From assembly GCF_001194135.2 (NCBI RefSeq), contig NC_069000.1:2791094-2855093 (forward strand): DNA of 64,000 bases. Reading direction: 5' to 3'. The stretch comes from Octopus bimaculoides (lineage: Eukaryota). Positions 1 through 13,713 of this stretch are shown piece by piece; the first letter of the stretch is position 1, and every line of letters begins with the position of its first letter. The notes under the pieces were generated by a model. The model made no database searches. It was not told the DNA's origin and saw only the letters and a list, made by a program, of their open reading frames with translations. Position numbers and translations under genes: made by a program.

Positions 1-46
<46 letters not shown>

Positions 47-82
47 TATATATGTACATGTATATATGCATATATATATATG
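1..82. repeat. (TA)n microsatellite with interruptions
   Basis: Direct inspection. Confidence 0.95.
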
Positions 83-340
83 TATACATACAGTGAGAGA
101 TTGACATACACACAAATAAATAGATAGATAGATAGATATGCATTCGGAAATAGAGAGAGAGGTAAAGCATTATATACACATATGTATCTAAGAACAATAA
201 ACATGTATATAGTTACGTAATTTTCTTTTAAATAAGAAATGAATATATAAATACGTATGTATAGCAGTAAGACGGAAGCGTTAGCCTGATGTTATCCATC
301 CTAATCTTGCACCGGAAGTAGCACGTCCAAATAGTGGTGA

Positions 341-395
341 ACTTACCTGAAACGGAAGAAAACAAAACATTAAATAATTAAATATACAGGAAAAC
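341..395 (-). other. Strong 3' splice acceptor directly followed by a consensus 5' donor (candidate recursive splice site)
   Basis: Minus strand reads ...TATTTAATGTTTTGTTTTCTTCCGTTTCAG|GTAAGT: branch-like TTTAAT, pyrimidine tract, CAG (349-347), GTAAGT (346-341). Confidence 0.4.
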
Positions 396-2219
396 ATTTA
401 TAGTAAAGTTTGCATTAATAATAATCAATCGACAAATAAAAAGTAAAACCTGTTCTCAAATACATTGTAGATTCATGTGATTTGCAAAGAGTTTAGTATG
501 TTCAAATGCATTACATATTAATAACATTATAGTGTTATATTTTTCCATTAGTTGTTTAGAAGAAGGTGAACTTTGATGATGCAAAGGTTATCTAGGACTG
601 CATTATTTAATGTGAATTTCCGTATTTCTAAGATATTTCGACTATGATTTAAAGGTTTTGTGGTTGATTTTTTTTCAGCCGTTCTAGGAAATACATAAAG
701 GTTTTGACGTTATCACTTTTTCATAACATATTCATTGTACGTTGGGCGACCAACGTAAAACAAAAAAAGATTAAGCAAAGATGAAATAGGACCCACTGTT
801 TTTTGAGGTCCCTATTCCACGAGTATCTATATACGTATTGTCAACAAAATTGACTGTGACCATTAAATGGTTTTAAAAATGATAAACTAATAAGTCAATG
901 TATGCATCTAAAAATATATGTATTTCTGTGACAATTTCTAATGGGAAGAAATCTGACATAAAAAGCGCATCCTTTTATTTAAAAAGGTAAGGGGCTGGAA
1001 AAACGTTTTCTTTTTAAATATTATTTTTAACCCTTGTCGAAAAAAGGAATAATATTTCATAACACCAGACACTGCATTAAATACATGAAACAATTTTGTA
1101 ATAATGGAAATCCTATATCGAACATAGAATCGTGATTATGAGGGTGCTTCTACGCTGTTTTCTATGCCTTTGTGCTTGATATTGTCCAGCACAGCTTAAC
1201 TCTTATCCAATGTTTTCGTCTTTTTGTAGATGTGAAACATTACATTATCTAACTTTACTTTTCCTCATTTAACTCAAAGGAGCAGGATTTGAGTAAGATT
1301 TGGCTGTCTTTTTTTATCTAATATGGCTTTCCAATACAGATTGTTTGTTCAGTGCCCTTATCGGGCTGCTCTAGCAAGTAAAAATATCAGACAAGTCTAT
1401 TCAAATATATTGACATTCCTCGCTAAATATGAAAAGTGATTGATGTATCAGTATAATATAGTGCTAAAACGGCTATATCTGAATAAAATTAAAATGAATA
1501 GACATTCCTGGGAAGTCTTTGATCATTGCTGAAGTGGAGATAAATACGAGTTACAACAAAACAACGACGAAGATAACGAAACGAACAACTTCAATGTGGC
1601 GGTCATATTGATTCGATTGAGCTGAAGAGAAAATAAAATTTAGCCGAGGATTAAAGAAATATTTAAATTATATTACATTATTAAATAAAATACTTAAACC
1701 AAGGCATTATTATTTGCAGAGAAAATTACAAAAATTAGCGATAAAAAATTTTGTAGACGCTAATTAAACCAGACTGTTACATATAATTTAGCAGAAATAT
1801 AATTTACCATAGAACAACATTTTATTAAACAGCAAATTGATTTATCGAAGCAATTTGTAAATTATAACACACTTTTAATGTTTCGCTTCTATTAATTTAT
1901 ACAGTACTATAGAATATTTTATTATAGACGGCAATACTGTACCTTTGAATATAGTATTGTATATGAGGAGACAGTTTCCAAAGTTTAGTTAACGGCGTTT
2001 CTTTCTATTTTTGTATTTTAAATATTCATGACAAGACATTAAGCATATACACACACAGAAATATTGATTATTCTACAAAATTATCATTTTCAGTATAATT
2101 ATAATGATATAATTTAAATAATATTAAATGTTGGCAATGCAACGATCACATACGGTGAACGTAAGCACTTCACAACGTTTTAGGATCTACTTAGTAACAC
2201 ACGCTGACACACATTCTCT

Positions 2220-2237
2220 GTCTGTATGTCTCTCTCT

Positions 2238-2281
<44 letters not shown>

Positions 2282-2306
2282 AGAGAATTAGACATATACA
2301 TAAATG

Positions 2307-2345
<39 letters not shown>
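2220..2345. repeat. Compound (CT)/(TA)/(TG) microsatellites
   Basis: Direct inspection. Confidence 0.9.
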
Positions 2346-2351
<6 letters not shown>

Positions 2352-5300
2352 CATACACACATATATTTATCGGTATAACTTGTATAGATTAAGTTATATT
2401 TAAGATGAAGTTTATAGATAGGTAGATTCGGTAGAGCATCAGACAAAATAAATTGCACTATTTAGTCAATTCACTCTAGAGTATGATCTGTTCAAGTCTC
2501 CATGTGTTAAACTTTGCCTGTTTATCTCTCCGGGGAAGTGAGAAATTAAGGACCTGTGAAATACCGTTTCCGATAAAATAGGTAAGCCGTTTCTACATTA
2601 TTACCAGACGATGCTGTTTTAAAACTAGAAATAATTAATTTGAAATGCACCATATTTGTCTACTTTTCATAAAATAATTTTATTTTATATAACACGATCA
2701 TACTCAATATTATTCCGTACGAAATATGTAAGGCGAGTACGGTTTAGTGTGCGTGAATTCTTTTGGCTGTTCCTCTGGAAAATGCAAACGTAGGCGGCCG
2801 CATAGAAAAAGGTTTCATGTTGAAAATAATGATCTTTCGGCTGCCAATTGGCTGATAGAAACAGAAAATCTCGAAGTTCTCCGCTTCTGCGTCTTTGATG
2901 AATAGTGTCAAATAAAATTGCACCTGGTAAAAACCACTCGCAGATCTAAAGGCTTACAGGAGCGTAGTTAGATAAGAATAAAGAATGCTAGGAAAGTCAT
3001 TCTGTTCATTGGTAGTTGAATGGCAGAAAATGTTGTGTGACACTTAACTGCATGCGTTTCGGTTTCGAGTTCAATCTACGTTGTTGCGGTCGATTCTTAC
3101 CCAACTATTTAGGTAAAATAAATTACTGTCAACCATGAGGTTCGGAATATTCACCTATATCTTACTCTAAAACCGGAGACACAACTCCTCACTTAGAAGT
3201 AAATTATACACTACCATTAATGAAGCCAAAATATAGACTGAGAGACCACACATATATATATATATATATATATATAGTCATTCATTTTGAATATTTTATA
3301 ATTTAAAACAAAGTCTGCATCATAAATGTTGACAAACGCAGCCAGAATTTACAATGAATCAAAGAAGTGTTACTCTGCAAAATGTTATCAATAATTGTTT
3401 ATCACACCCCATTTATCATACAATTTATGCCAATTTAATTGGATCAATTTGGTTTCAATTTAGGAAAATTTAATTACTAAAACGATATTTCAAAATATAG
3501 TGCTGACATGTATCGAGTAGAAAAAACAAAAAATAACCTTGAATAAAGTCAATTAAAGTCTTCTTAGCTTTGTTATTTGCCTGTTATATCTTTCGGAAGA
3601 ATAATTTTTAATTTTTTCCCCTCGTTTTTGAATAGTTACTGTCTAAACTTTTTAGACTTTTAATAATATAAATGGAAGTTTAATAAATTGTCGTTATTTG
3701 TAATTTTGTTTTTGCATTTATTAAAATTCATTTTGTTCTGTATTTCTAAAGTATGAAACTCCATGATAAACATGGCTTACATAGCTGTGATTCTTTCTTC
3801 TAATTGTATTTAATTATTTCACTTTAATTCGAATACAGAATTTTAGAAATACAGATTACATGAAAATGTCTCAAAACTATTAATGATTCGCTCTGAATAT
3901 TATAAACACGCACACAAACATACAAACACCCACAGACATCAATTAGAAGGAAAGACTTTCTGATATTGTTGCATATTACATATTTTTATATTTTTACAAT
4001 TTTATATAACAATGGAGAATTGTGAAATTTATGTATAAATAATTATTTGTCGAGATATTTAAAACCATTATTTCTTCTTCATCTTACACAGCAAATCATA
4101 CAACTGTTAATTATGAATTTAACGTAAAGTTATTAGAAATTAAATTTAAAATATCCATTTATCATCAGGAATTTCTAAGGATGACCGGGAACAGAGAGAT
4201 ATCATTATGATTAATTCAATGTAACTTTAATGTGCCAAGTGAGATTTGGCTTGGAGCAAGCGTTCTTATGAAATCCTTCATTATCCTGTTGGATAATCTA
4301 ATTAATTCTCGCTTTTATTTTACAAAATTTCCATCAACTGCTAAATGCAACAATATGCATTGCAGTAACTCATTGAACTATAGACAACCTCTATGAAGAG
4401 AAACATGATGAAGGGGATGATTCTATTTTTCTTCTTCCTCTTACTATTATTATTGCTATTAAAGTAATTAAACCCTTCAATGGAGACCAATTGAAGCAAA
4501 AATCACTTCCAAATTGCCGAGACTGACTGAAAAATTTCTGCTTGAAGAACATTAAAACATCCAGAAAATCAGTGACTAAGTTTATTAAATGAAATTCTAC
4601 GAAGACGAAGCATCCAAAAATGGATTGCTGAGGGGTCAGACAACGCAGTTTGTTTTCAGTAGCAAACAAAATGACGTTCGTTTCAAACTAGAGACCAATG
4701 ACCTGTTTGCCAATACGATGCTTGTGAGAAGTTCGCACCTATAGAACAGAAAGTAGAGGAATGAAATTGAAAGGGCGTAAGGCCAAATAATTGAAAATAT
4801 TATTATAAGGAATTGCAAGAGAAAACAGGCCCTGCAATGTGGTGAATGAGACAAAAGAAATGCGTATAATTGAATCGTCTATTCTTGGATTATGAAGATA
4901 CAAAATGCTGCAAACTGCATATGCCATCATCGAACTTATTCGAATAAACACTCAAAATTGGAAAACGGAATAGTGGAAGAATTACGTTTGAATAAGCCAA
5001 AATAGATCAGACTATTTCCAAGTGGTAGCCTAACTTTTTATCGTTGGTGATTTTATTCTACTAAGCCCTAATAACAGTAGGAACAGAAAGTGGATTTGAG
5101 AGAAGCAGAGACACAGAAAGAGAGAGAGAGAGATAGAAGGAGAGAGAAAATCACAGCAATTGATGCCATATCAGAAGGTCATAGGATGTCTTCTCAGGGT
5201 AAATTTGAAAGTATTTTGAGGTCAAGCGGCTTTATAGTGACTGTACGATGATAGTTGAATGTACTCCTGTGCCCGTTATTCTGCATAAAAGTTTGCTATG

Positions 5301-5681
5301 TAAGAGCGACATTTTAAATCGATTTTATTTTTCAATATAGTTCAGCTGATTAAAATGATCATATAAATAATTGATGAAATATAATGGCTTTTTCGATATA
5401 TGAATTTGCTTTCTGATTTCATTTTTAACTAGATATGAACAGCGAAGACTACCAGATTTTAATATCTGTCATTCTCGTTACACTTTTCGGGGTGGGGGAT
5501 TACGTTTCACCTAAATTTTAGTTACACTGCGTCTCCTTACCACTAAAGTCTTCAATGGGTCACCATTTAGATGACATATCGCAGCTACTATCGTTTAACA
5601 GCGCACATAAATTAAGTATTTAATACTGATGCTATAAAGCATCTATAATGGTATGAGAGACTGATACATATGTACACATAT

Positions 5682-5683
<2 letters not shown>

Positions 5684-5714
<31 letters not shown>

Positions 5715-6170
5715 NNNNNNNNNNNNNNNNNNNNNNNNNNNNNNNNNNNNNNNNNNNNNNNNNNNNNNNNNNNNNNNNNNNNNNNNNNNNNNNNNNNNNN
5801 NNNNNNNNNNNNNNNNNNNNNNNNNNNNNNNNNNNNNNNNNNNNNNNNNNNNNNNNNNNNNNNNNNNNNNNNNNNNNNNNNNNNNNNNNNNNNNNNNNNN
5901 NNNNNNNNNNNNNNNNNNNNNNNNNNNNNNNNNNNNNNNNNNNNNNNNNNNNNNNNNNNNNNNNNNNNNNNNNNNNNNNNNNNNNNNNNNNNNNNNNNNN
6001 NNNNNNNNNNNNNNNNNNNNNNNNNNNNNNNNNNNNNNNNNNNNNNNNNNNNNNNNNNNNNNNNNNNNNNNNNNNNNNNNNNNNNNNNNNNNNNNNNNNN
6101 NNNNNNNNNNNNNNNNNNNNNNNNNNNNNNNNNNNNNNNNNNNNNNNNNNNNNNNNNNNNNNNNNNNNNN
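5684..6170. repeat. (TA)n running into assembly gap 5715-6170
   Basis: Direct inspection. Confidence 0.95.
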
Positions 6171-6746
6171 TATACACATTATCTCCAGGCACATGCACGC
6201 ACGCACAAATTTTTTGTTTTTGTATTTGTATTTTACGGCTAACGGAAATCCTTTCGATACACACAAGTCCTTTCAGTGGAAAACATCATGAATAACAGCC
6301 AAAATGTAGACTACAACAGAAAACATTTCACGTAGTCCATTAGATAGAATGTGATAATAATCTTTAGACGAGTCATCGTAGATCGAGAGCAAATCAAGAC
6401 AGCATTCTTACGATCTCCACAGCTGTCAATGCATAAAATAACTGATACGAAGAAGATTTACCAAGTTTTATACTCCAAACGTGTTGTTTACCCCATGCTA
6501 ATATTTATGTTTATACAAGAAACACACTGATATTTTCTTTCTCGCATTAAATACTATCTATTTATTGATATGTGTGTGTGAGTGTGTAGACGCACGTGCG
6601 CTTGGGTTTTGTATGTGCATAGCAGTAAATGTATGCATACTTAAAAACAAGTACACACACACATACACACACATATAAATACAAAGAGAGATACATGCAT
6701 ATACGTTTGTGCGTTCGTGTCTCTAGCTATATATATACACATACAA

Positions 6747-6778
<32 letters not shown>

Positions 6779-8956
6779 ATGTTCATCAATGCATGCACGC
6801 ACGCGTGCCCACACACACACACACACATGTAACACTCCCACTGCATTACCGTAAAACTTCATTAATCTGATGCTCATAACGGTGTACATCCCATTAACAT
6901 TTTTGTCCATCAACGTATTTTTACTCCTTGTTTCGATGCCTCATCATACATTAGACATTTTATTGCTTCATTTTATTCCCTGCCATTTTTAAACACACCG
7001 ACGTAAATATATCACAGGGTAATTGACATTTTCTACATCTAAATCTATCTTTTATAATGTCTATTCTCTGTTTTTATTTACATTTATGTCACGAAACATA
7101 TTTATGTAGATAGCGAAGTCTTTTACTTTACGTTCTGAGTTTGGAAAATATATTTCTTTTTTATATTTTTCAAGTAGAACGCTTAATTCACTTATTCGAA
7201 AGTAAGAAAGCATTATAGATTATAACAAATGCATACAACACTTGAAGGCGTAAACATGAACAATAGCAATTAAAAAAATATATATATACTTCATAAAGAA
7301 GTGAAAGACAATTAACAAACCCATTAAAATGAACAATGAATATTAGTGCAATCAATTTCGGACTTCGTAGTACAGTGATGTATTTATAAATTAAATTTAT
7401 TGACGTATTGAAGTTGTACTACAAACAGTTACAATATATATCATCTATCTGAAATATGACATTAATGTACGCCAGCTTGGTAATTTCCACTGAACTAATC
7501 ACAATACAATCTCAAGTCTTGTCTAAACTGATATAATCGATTTAAAAGGTTTCTCTTGTTCTTTCTGCTCGTTTATTATTGTTTTTATTATTAATTGTTT
7601 TTATTATTAATTGATTTCAAATTAGATTTTTTCAAATGTCAAATTCTGTACGGGTTTAGGTTAAGATAAATCAGTATTTTTCTATATTTATAGCTACATA
7701 ACACCCAAAATGTTATGTAAATATAGTTTTATGACATTGACAATATGTGTTCGTGTTTTGGTTTCAACTTAACCATTCATCTCACATATTTCAAAACGTC
7801 TTTCTCTTTATAAGATAAAACAATGTAGCCTTGATGTATGGTGTATATATATATATATATATATATNNNNNNNNNNNNNNNNNNNNNNNNNNNNNNNNNN
7901 NNNNNNNNNNNNNNNNNNNNNNNNNNNNNNNNNNNNNNNNNNNNNNNNNNNNNNNNNNNNNNNNNNNNNNNNNNNNNNNNNNNNTATATATACTCACACA
8001 CAAGTTGCGATATATATCGACATTTTTTAACATATTTTTTTTAATATTCTTACAATTCAAAAGCAAATACGTCATGACACACTTGAAAACTGCATTAAGA
8101 ACGAAAACACATTAATTATTATGATACATACATTTATATTTATGCATGTCGGGTGTGTGTGTGTTTGAGTGTGTAGTTGAGTGAATGAATGTTTATGCAT
8201 GTGCATTTGTGTTTGTGTGTAATTGTACGTGTATGTATGTGTGTGTGTATTCATCAGTAATTACCTCACACTCATTTCATAAACGACAAGCTTGATCAAA
8301 ATCAGATAAGAGCAAATATGCATTTGAGAATGGTTGGAAGCTAATACTAATTGCTATTTTATCACATTCTTTTTGTAGCTGCATCAATTTAAGTGTGGTG
8401 AATCAGATAGGAAATAACATGTTACAGCAGTAATATAAATGTAATATAAATACGAACCATATGAACTGGATCGATATTAAAAGTTGAAAATTTTTCATAA
8501 CGATGTCATGTTAACATTTCATACCGCAATTTATTTATCATTGACGTAAACGAAGAGAATAAAATAGCTACAAGTAACTTCTAGTAGCAAACAGCATGTA
8601 TTTTTAGACAAGTATGTATAAATATTTGCAAAATATCAGGAGAAATGTCATCTTAAAATAAATAAAATGATAAGCGTAAAATTTAAATGTTCTTTGCATT
8701 TAAAAACAAAAATTATTATTGACCATTCAGCTTACTTAGGTGAGCTAAAATGAGTTGAATGACTTGGCATAACTTTTCATTTTTTCCCTACTATGTGTGA
8801 ATATTGATCGGCATTATCTTCCTGAAAAATATAACAGAATTATAATCATTCGTGCAGTACACGCTTGCATTGCTGCAGGTTCAGTATGAACCAAAATCAC
8901 CGAACGGAAGAGATATCCTATGTAATTAAGCTCTACTGATATATAATTAAGGTCAG

Positions 8957-9151
8957 TTGTTTCAGTCATTTGACTGCGGCCATGCTGGAACACCGCCAGT
9001 CGAGCAAATCGACCCCAGGACTTATTCTTTGTAAGCCTAGTACTTATTTTATCGGTCTCTTTTTGCCGAACCGCTACGTTACGGGGCGTAATCACACCAT
9101 CATCGGTTGTGAAGCGATGTTGGAGGGACAAGCACAGATACACAAACATAG

Positions 9152-9196
<45 letters not shown>

Positions 9197-9444
9197 NNNN
9201 NNNNNNNNNNNNNNNNNNNNNNNNNNNNNNNNNNNNNNNNNNNNNNNNNNNNNNNNNNNNNNNNNNNNNNNNNNNNNNNNNNNNNNNNNNNNNNNNNNNN
9301 NNNNNNTATATATATATATATACGACGGACTTCTTTCAGTTTCCATCTACCAAATCCACTCACAAGGCTTTGGTCGGCCCAAGGTTGGGATTGAACCCGG
9401 AACCATGTTGTTGGCGAGCAAGCTACTTAACACACAGCCACTCC

Positions 9445-9449
<5 letters not shown>
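8957..9449 (-). mobile_element. tRNA-derived CORE-type SINE (octopus OR-like), bipartite, with internal (CA)/(TA) array and gap
   Basis: tRNA-like head with B-box (minus strand CCGGGTTCAATCCC), CCTTGGG core remnant, GGAAACTGAAAGAAG block, and 3' tail GGGGTCGATTTGCTCGAC...CCAGCATGGCCGCAGTCAAATGACTGAAAC shared with other copies in the window. The family name is from recall. Confidence 0.85.
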
Positions 9450-9482
<33 letters not shown>

Positions 9483-9689
9483 AATGAGTAACAAGGAGGT
9501 ACATGTGTTAATATATATACAGGTTTGGCCAAAAGTCGACCGACATTAAAACAAAATTCTATAATTACTATCTGTAATTCTTTATTGACTCGAATGGAAA
9601 ACTATTTCGCTCGAGGACTTCAGTTTTAACAATGTTCATGATGTTTCATATTGAAACCCTCTTATTATACATCCATTCAGTTGTATCCC

Positions 9690-9834
9690 TTTGCGTCAAA
9701 TGTAACTAAGCCATTTGGTGAATGGGTTCAATAAAGCTGGTTGGAATATACGCTTGGATCAATATTGACTAGAATCTGTGTATGCTGTGAGCAGCATGGC
9801 TGCAATACAATGACTGAAACCGGTAAAGAATAAG
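9690..9834 (+). mobile_element. Decayed 3' end of the CORE-type SINE
   Basis: CAGCATGGCTGCAATACAATGACTGAAAC matches the tail of the other copies. Confidence 0.55.
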
Positions 9835-10770
9835 CCAATTACAGAAGCGGAAACAACTGGAATTGATTATTTCGAAGAATGTCTCACATCATGTATTCAT
9901 ACTACCTTACATTTGTTTAACATGTATAAAATATGAACTTTCATATAAGATATACTTTAGACTATTTTAAATATGTCTACTCATATACAGACAGAATCTT
10001 ACAAGTGTAACAGACATGTAAGAAAATTCTATATCTAATGTACACCAGAATAGAAAGAATCTCGCTATAGCTTATCCTATATAAAGATCTATCCATTGAA
10101 ATTTCCGGAATCATCACCAGAGAAATATTTGATATTTCTCACATTCTTTCGATTCTCTTAAGATCGAATAATACTGGCAGCATTTTTAATTACTACCAAA
10201 AACAAAAAAATCTTGTAAATTTAACGGTCTCTGTCGAAAGTATGAGAGAGTTCTATGTTAGATTTGTATTACTACATAAATTGAACGAGTGCAACTAAAT
10301 TTCGATTATTGCAAATAACAAAAGCAAATGAGACGAATGTTTAAGGATTTAAAAAAGATGTCTTTAAGATATGTCGCCCACGCTATGTTATCAATTCTTG
10401 AAATTATTTTATTTCTTTAAATACATTTTAAATTTGTTTACGTTAAATCTCATTAAAGTATTTCTTTGATGTTCCAAAATATAATTGCTGTAAGTATAAT
10501 TTTGTGTATGAAAAGGAAAAAGAAAAAAAATATTGTTGAGGTTTTACCATAGAATAATTCCATGAAATATTTAGTCATCTTTAATTATATACATTAGTTC
10601 AATGACCTTCAAGAATGCAGATTAATTATGTTTGTACAGCTTGATTTGCGTCTGGGTGTTGTAATTAAATTAAAATGTGGAATAAATAGGTGCTGAACAG
10701 TCATTTCGATTCTCAACAGAATAAATGAACTGATATGGAAATACATAGTTTATTTTGTTTAAGCAAGTGA

Positions 10771-10771
<1 letters not shown>

Positions 10772-10806
<35 letters not shown>
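10772..10806. repeat. (ATCT)n tetranucleotide repeat
   Basis: Direct inspection. Confidence 0.95.
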
Positions 10807-11274
10807 GAGTGAAAATCTATCATGATGGAACCAGTGTGGTGTCCATTTCACTGATAACTTGTTACTGTATCTCTATCATCATAATTTTGAGCTATTCTGT
10901 TAACAGTTAATTGGCTACGATAAAATCTATTATTATTGCACATTCTCTGTGTAATCATCTTACTCTCTACCTGTCTTTCTTTCTCTCTCTGTCTCTATGT
11001 GTCTGTACGTGTGTGTGTGGGGGGGGGGATATGTTCTTGTATATTCTAAAAGAGTGTGTCACCTCAAAAACGTATTTCCTTCTGGCAACTAATCTGAGGT
11101 CACAAGTGAATCCGTATGGATCGTTTCATCTTCCAGCAACAGTAACCGAATCTTCCTCAAATATCACACCGTCTGCGAGTATGTGTGGTTCAAGCAGATA
11201 GGTAGCGAATTTAACCGGGATTTGGAAGAGTTTACTTTCTCATCGGCAGTATCAAGATAACTAAATCTTTAACA

Positions 11275-11494
11275 TACTAATGGTTTCAAATTTTGGCAAA
11301 TTGCCTGCAATTTCCGGGTATGGGGTAGGTCAATTGCGTCAACCCTAGCACCCAGCTGGCACTTATATTACCACCCCTGAAGGTATAAAAGGGAAAGTCG
11401 ACCTCGGCGGAATTTGAACTCTGCCCGTAAAGACAGACGAAACGTTGCTAAGAATTTTTTCCGGCGCGCTCACGATTCTGCCTGCTCACCACCT
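11275..11494 (-). mobile_element. tRNA-derived SINE, second family (Meta-like central domain)
   Basis: Minus strand: GGTGGTGAGCAGGCAGAATCGTGAGC head, GAGTTCAAATTCCGCCGAGGTCGAC B-box and central block; homologous to 13161-13368. The Meta-domain label is from recall. Confidence 0.85.
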
Positions 11495-11971
11495 TAATCT
11501 TAGCCATAATGTTGAGAAGTTAATAAACAAACGCTTGAATGTGTGAACGTGTGTGTAATGAACGCTTTTATCCTGTCAAAATGTGAGATTAATTGACGTC
11601 ATTATGCAAAGGAATACAAACATTTTCAATTATACCAAAAGGCCTGTTATTGGCCATTTTCTTTCATCTGTGAGATATGAACAGTAATTTTAAATTGTAC
11701 AAAAACTCGCATTAATTTCACGAACATCAAAAAGTATATCTTCATATTGGTTTGCAAAATAAGGGACTTGATACACTCTAATGTCTTCTGCACAAACACC
11801 AACATCAATAAATTTACAAACATCTCCTACACTTTCACTCACATTTTTCTCTATAGTCCCTTTCATGGCCAACTATGAAATCTGAATGCTACCAATGAGA
11901 AGAAACATCTCAAAATTATAGTTTTTTTTTTTTGGTGAACGCTCTCTTAAAAATTGTACAAAAAACATATA

Positions 11972-12213
11972 CAACCGCTAGTTTACGAGGACGTAAACAC
12001 ACCAACACTGGTTGTCAAGTGATGGTGGGATGACAAGTATTCACACACACACACACATAGACAACAACAGGCTTCTTTCAGTTTTCGTCTGCCAAATTCA
12101 TTCACAAGGTTTTGATCGATCAGATCGTATGGTAGGAGATGCTTGCCGAGGTGCCACATGCGGGGACTGGACCGTATGTGGTTCGGACGCAACCTTCTTA
12201 CCACGCAGCTACG
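11972..12213 (-). mobile_element. CORE-type SINE, 3'-truncated
   Basis: GGCTTCTTTCAGTTTTCGTCTGCCAAATTCATTCACAAGG and TGCTTGCCGAGGTGCCAC match the reverse complement of 36668-37022. Confidence 0.8.
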
Positions 12214-13160
12214 CATTTTCTACTTACATAAAATATTAAAAAAAAACTACAAAAGCAAAACCATCCTTGTCTGTGTATATAACGGGGACTCTGTGTGTGC
12301 ATGCGTGCGTGTATACGTGCGCGTGAGCGAATGCGTGCGTGTGTGCGGGCGCACACACACACACATACATACATATACGGTATATGTAAAATATGTTTAT
12401 AAAATAATATATATATTTTATATATATNNNNNNNNNNNNNNNNNNNNNNNNNNNNNNNNNNNNNNNNNNNNNNNNNNNNNNNNNATATATATATATATAA
12501 CATGTCAATATAAATTAATACATATATATGCTAAATGAGGTATAATTGCCTATGTTAGTTTGTGTATGCTTATTTCTTCACGCAAAGGCCTATGCGTCTA
12601 AGTGTCTTTAACTAATGCTGGGAATTACGTTTCTACAATTTACAACGTTTAAAAGTTTCCAGGCGCTGTAATTTAAGATAATTAGTGTAATGCACTAATT
12701 TCATTCTGCAAGCAGTTTGCAGCAATTTATAGCTCCGAGGTATTCGACTAGGCATTTAGTTTATTAATACTGTTGCAAATGACTTTATCAAGATTGAAAC
12801 AATATATAAGAATACTACTGCCGTCTCTGTATTTATCACTGACAATATATGGCGATTCAATATCCAGTTATTTGAAATTGCTCACTCGAAGTTCATCATA
12901 GTGGTTTCCTTTGTAGTGTTTCATTGAAAAGCAAGTGTCATTTACTTTTCAACTAACAATAGTCAAATAGAAGAAAAGAAGAAGAAAGAAAGAAGCTGCT
13001 ATTTCTGTAACGTGTGAAAAGGTGGAATATACTGGCAGGTGGCTGAGAATGAGAACTTTCAATGTTCTATAATTCTACGAAATTCATGAGCTGACCGTTT
13101 GAATTTAAGAGTTATATAATTTCTATAAAAGGACGGAATACAATTGCGATTTTATTTACA

Positions 13161-13368
13161 GGGCGGTGAATTGGCGGAATCGTTAGCACACTCAGCAAAA
13201 TGCTTAGCGACCTTTCGTTCGTCCTTACGTTCTGAGTTCAAATTCTGCCGAGGTCGATTTCGCCTTTCATCCTTTTGGAGTCGGTAAAATAACTCCTTGT
13301 TGATCACTAGGCTTAACTGGTACTAGGACCTAGCCCTTTCCCCCTTGTGACGAAACTTGAACCCGATT
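13161..13368 (+). mobile_element. tRNA-derived SINE, second family
   Basis: A-box TGGCGGAATCG (13172), B-box GAGTTCAAATTC (13234), central GCCGAGGTCGATTTCGCCTTTCATCCTTTTGGAGTCGGTAAAATAA. Confidence 0.85.
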
Positions 13369-13713
13369 TACTGGACATGACCAACGTCCTCAAATTACTG
13401 ACTTGTATTTGTTTTAGAAATTGACTTTATACATATATAGATGAGCATTGCTATGTGTAAACAGAACAGAAGGTGGCTTTTTGCCTTGAGGTATCAATCT
13501 AAGGATGAACTTAACGTCACCGTATGCCTTAAATGGCTTTGAGGATTACGCTTTTCTGAAAACTGTTGCGTCAAATCTCCACAAGAAAAACCTGTGTTTA
13601 TCCTTTCCTCACGTCATTCTCGAAGGCTCCGGAAGATGCCATTGGCATTATGCTTCTTCTCCCGACTGATTAGTAAATATATGGTACTTGGTAGGGTCGA
13701 ATAATCAAACGTC

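Noticed and set aside
9518-9545. TA-CAGGTTTGGCCAAAAGTC as a Tc1/mariner TIR
   Set aside because: No convincing partner TIR or transposase nearby.
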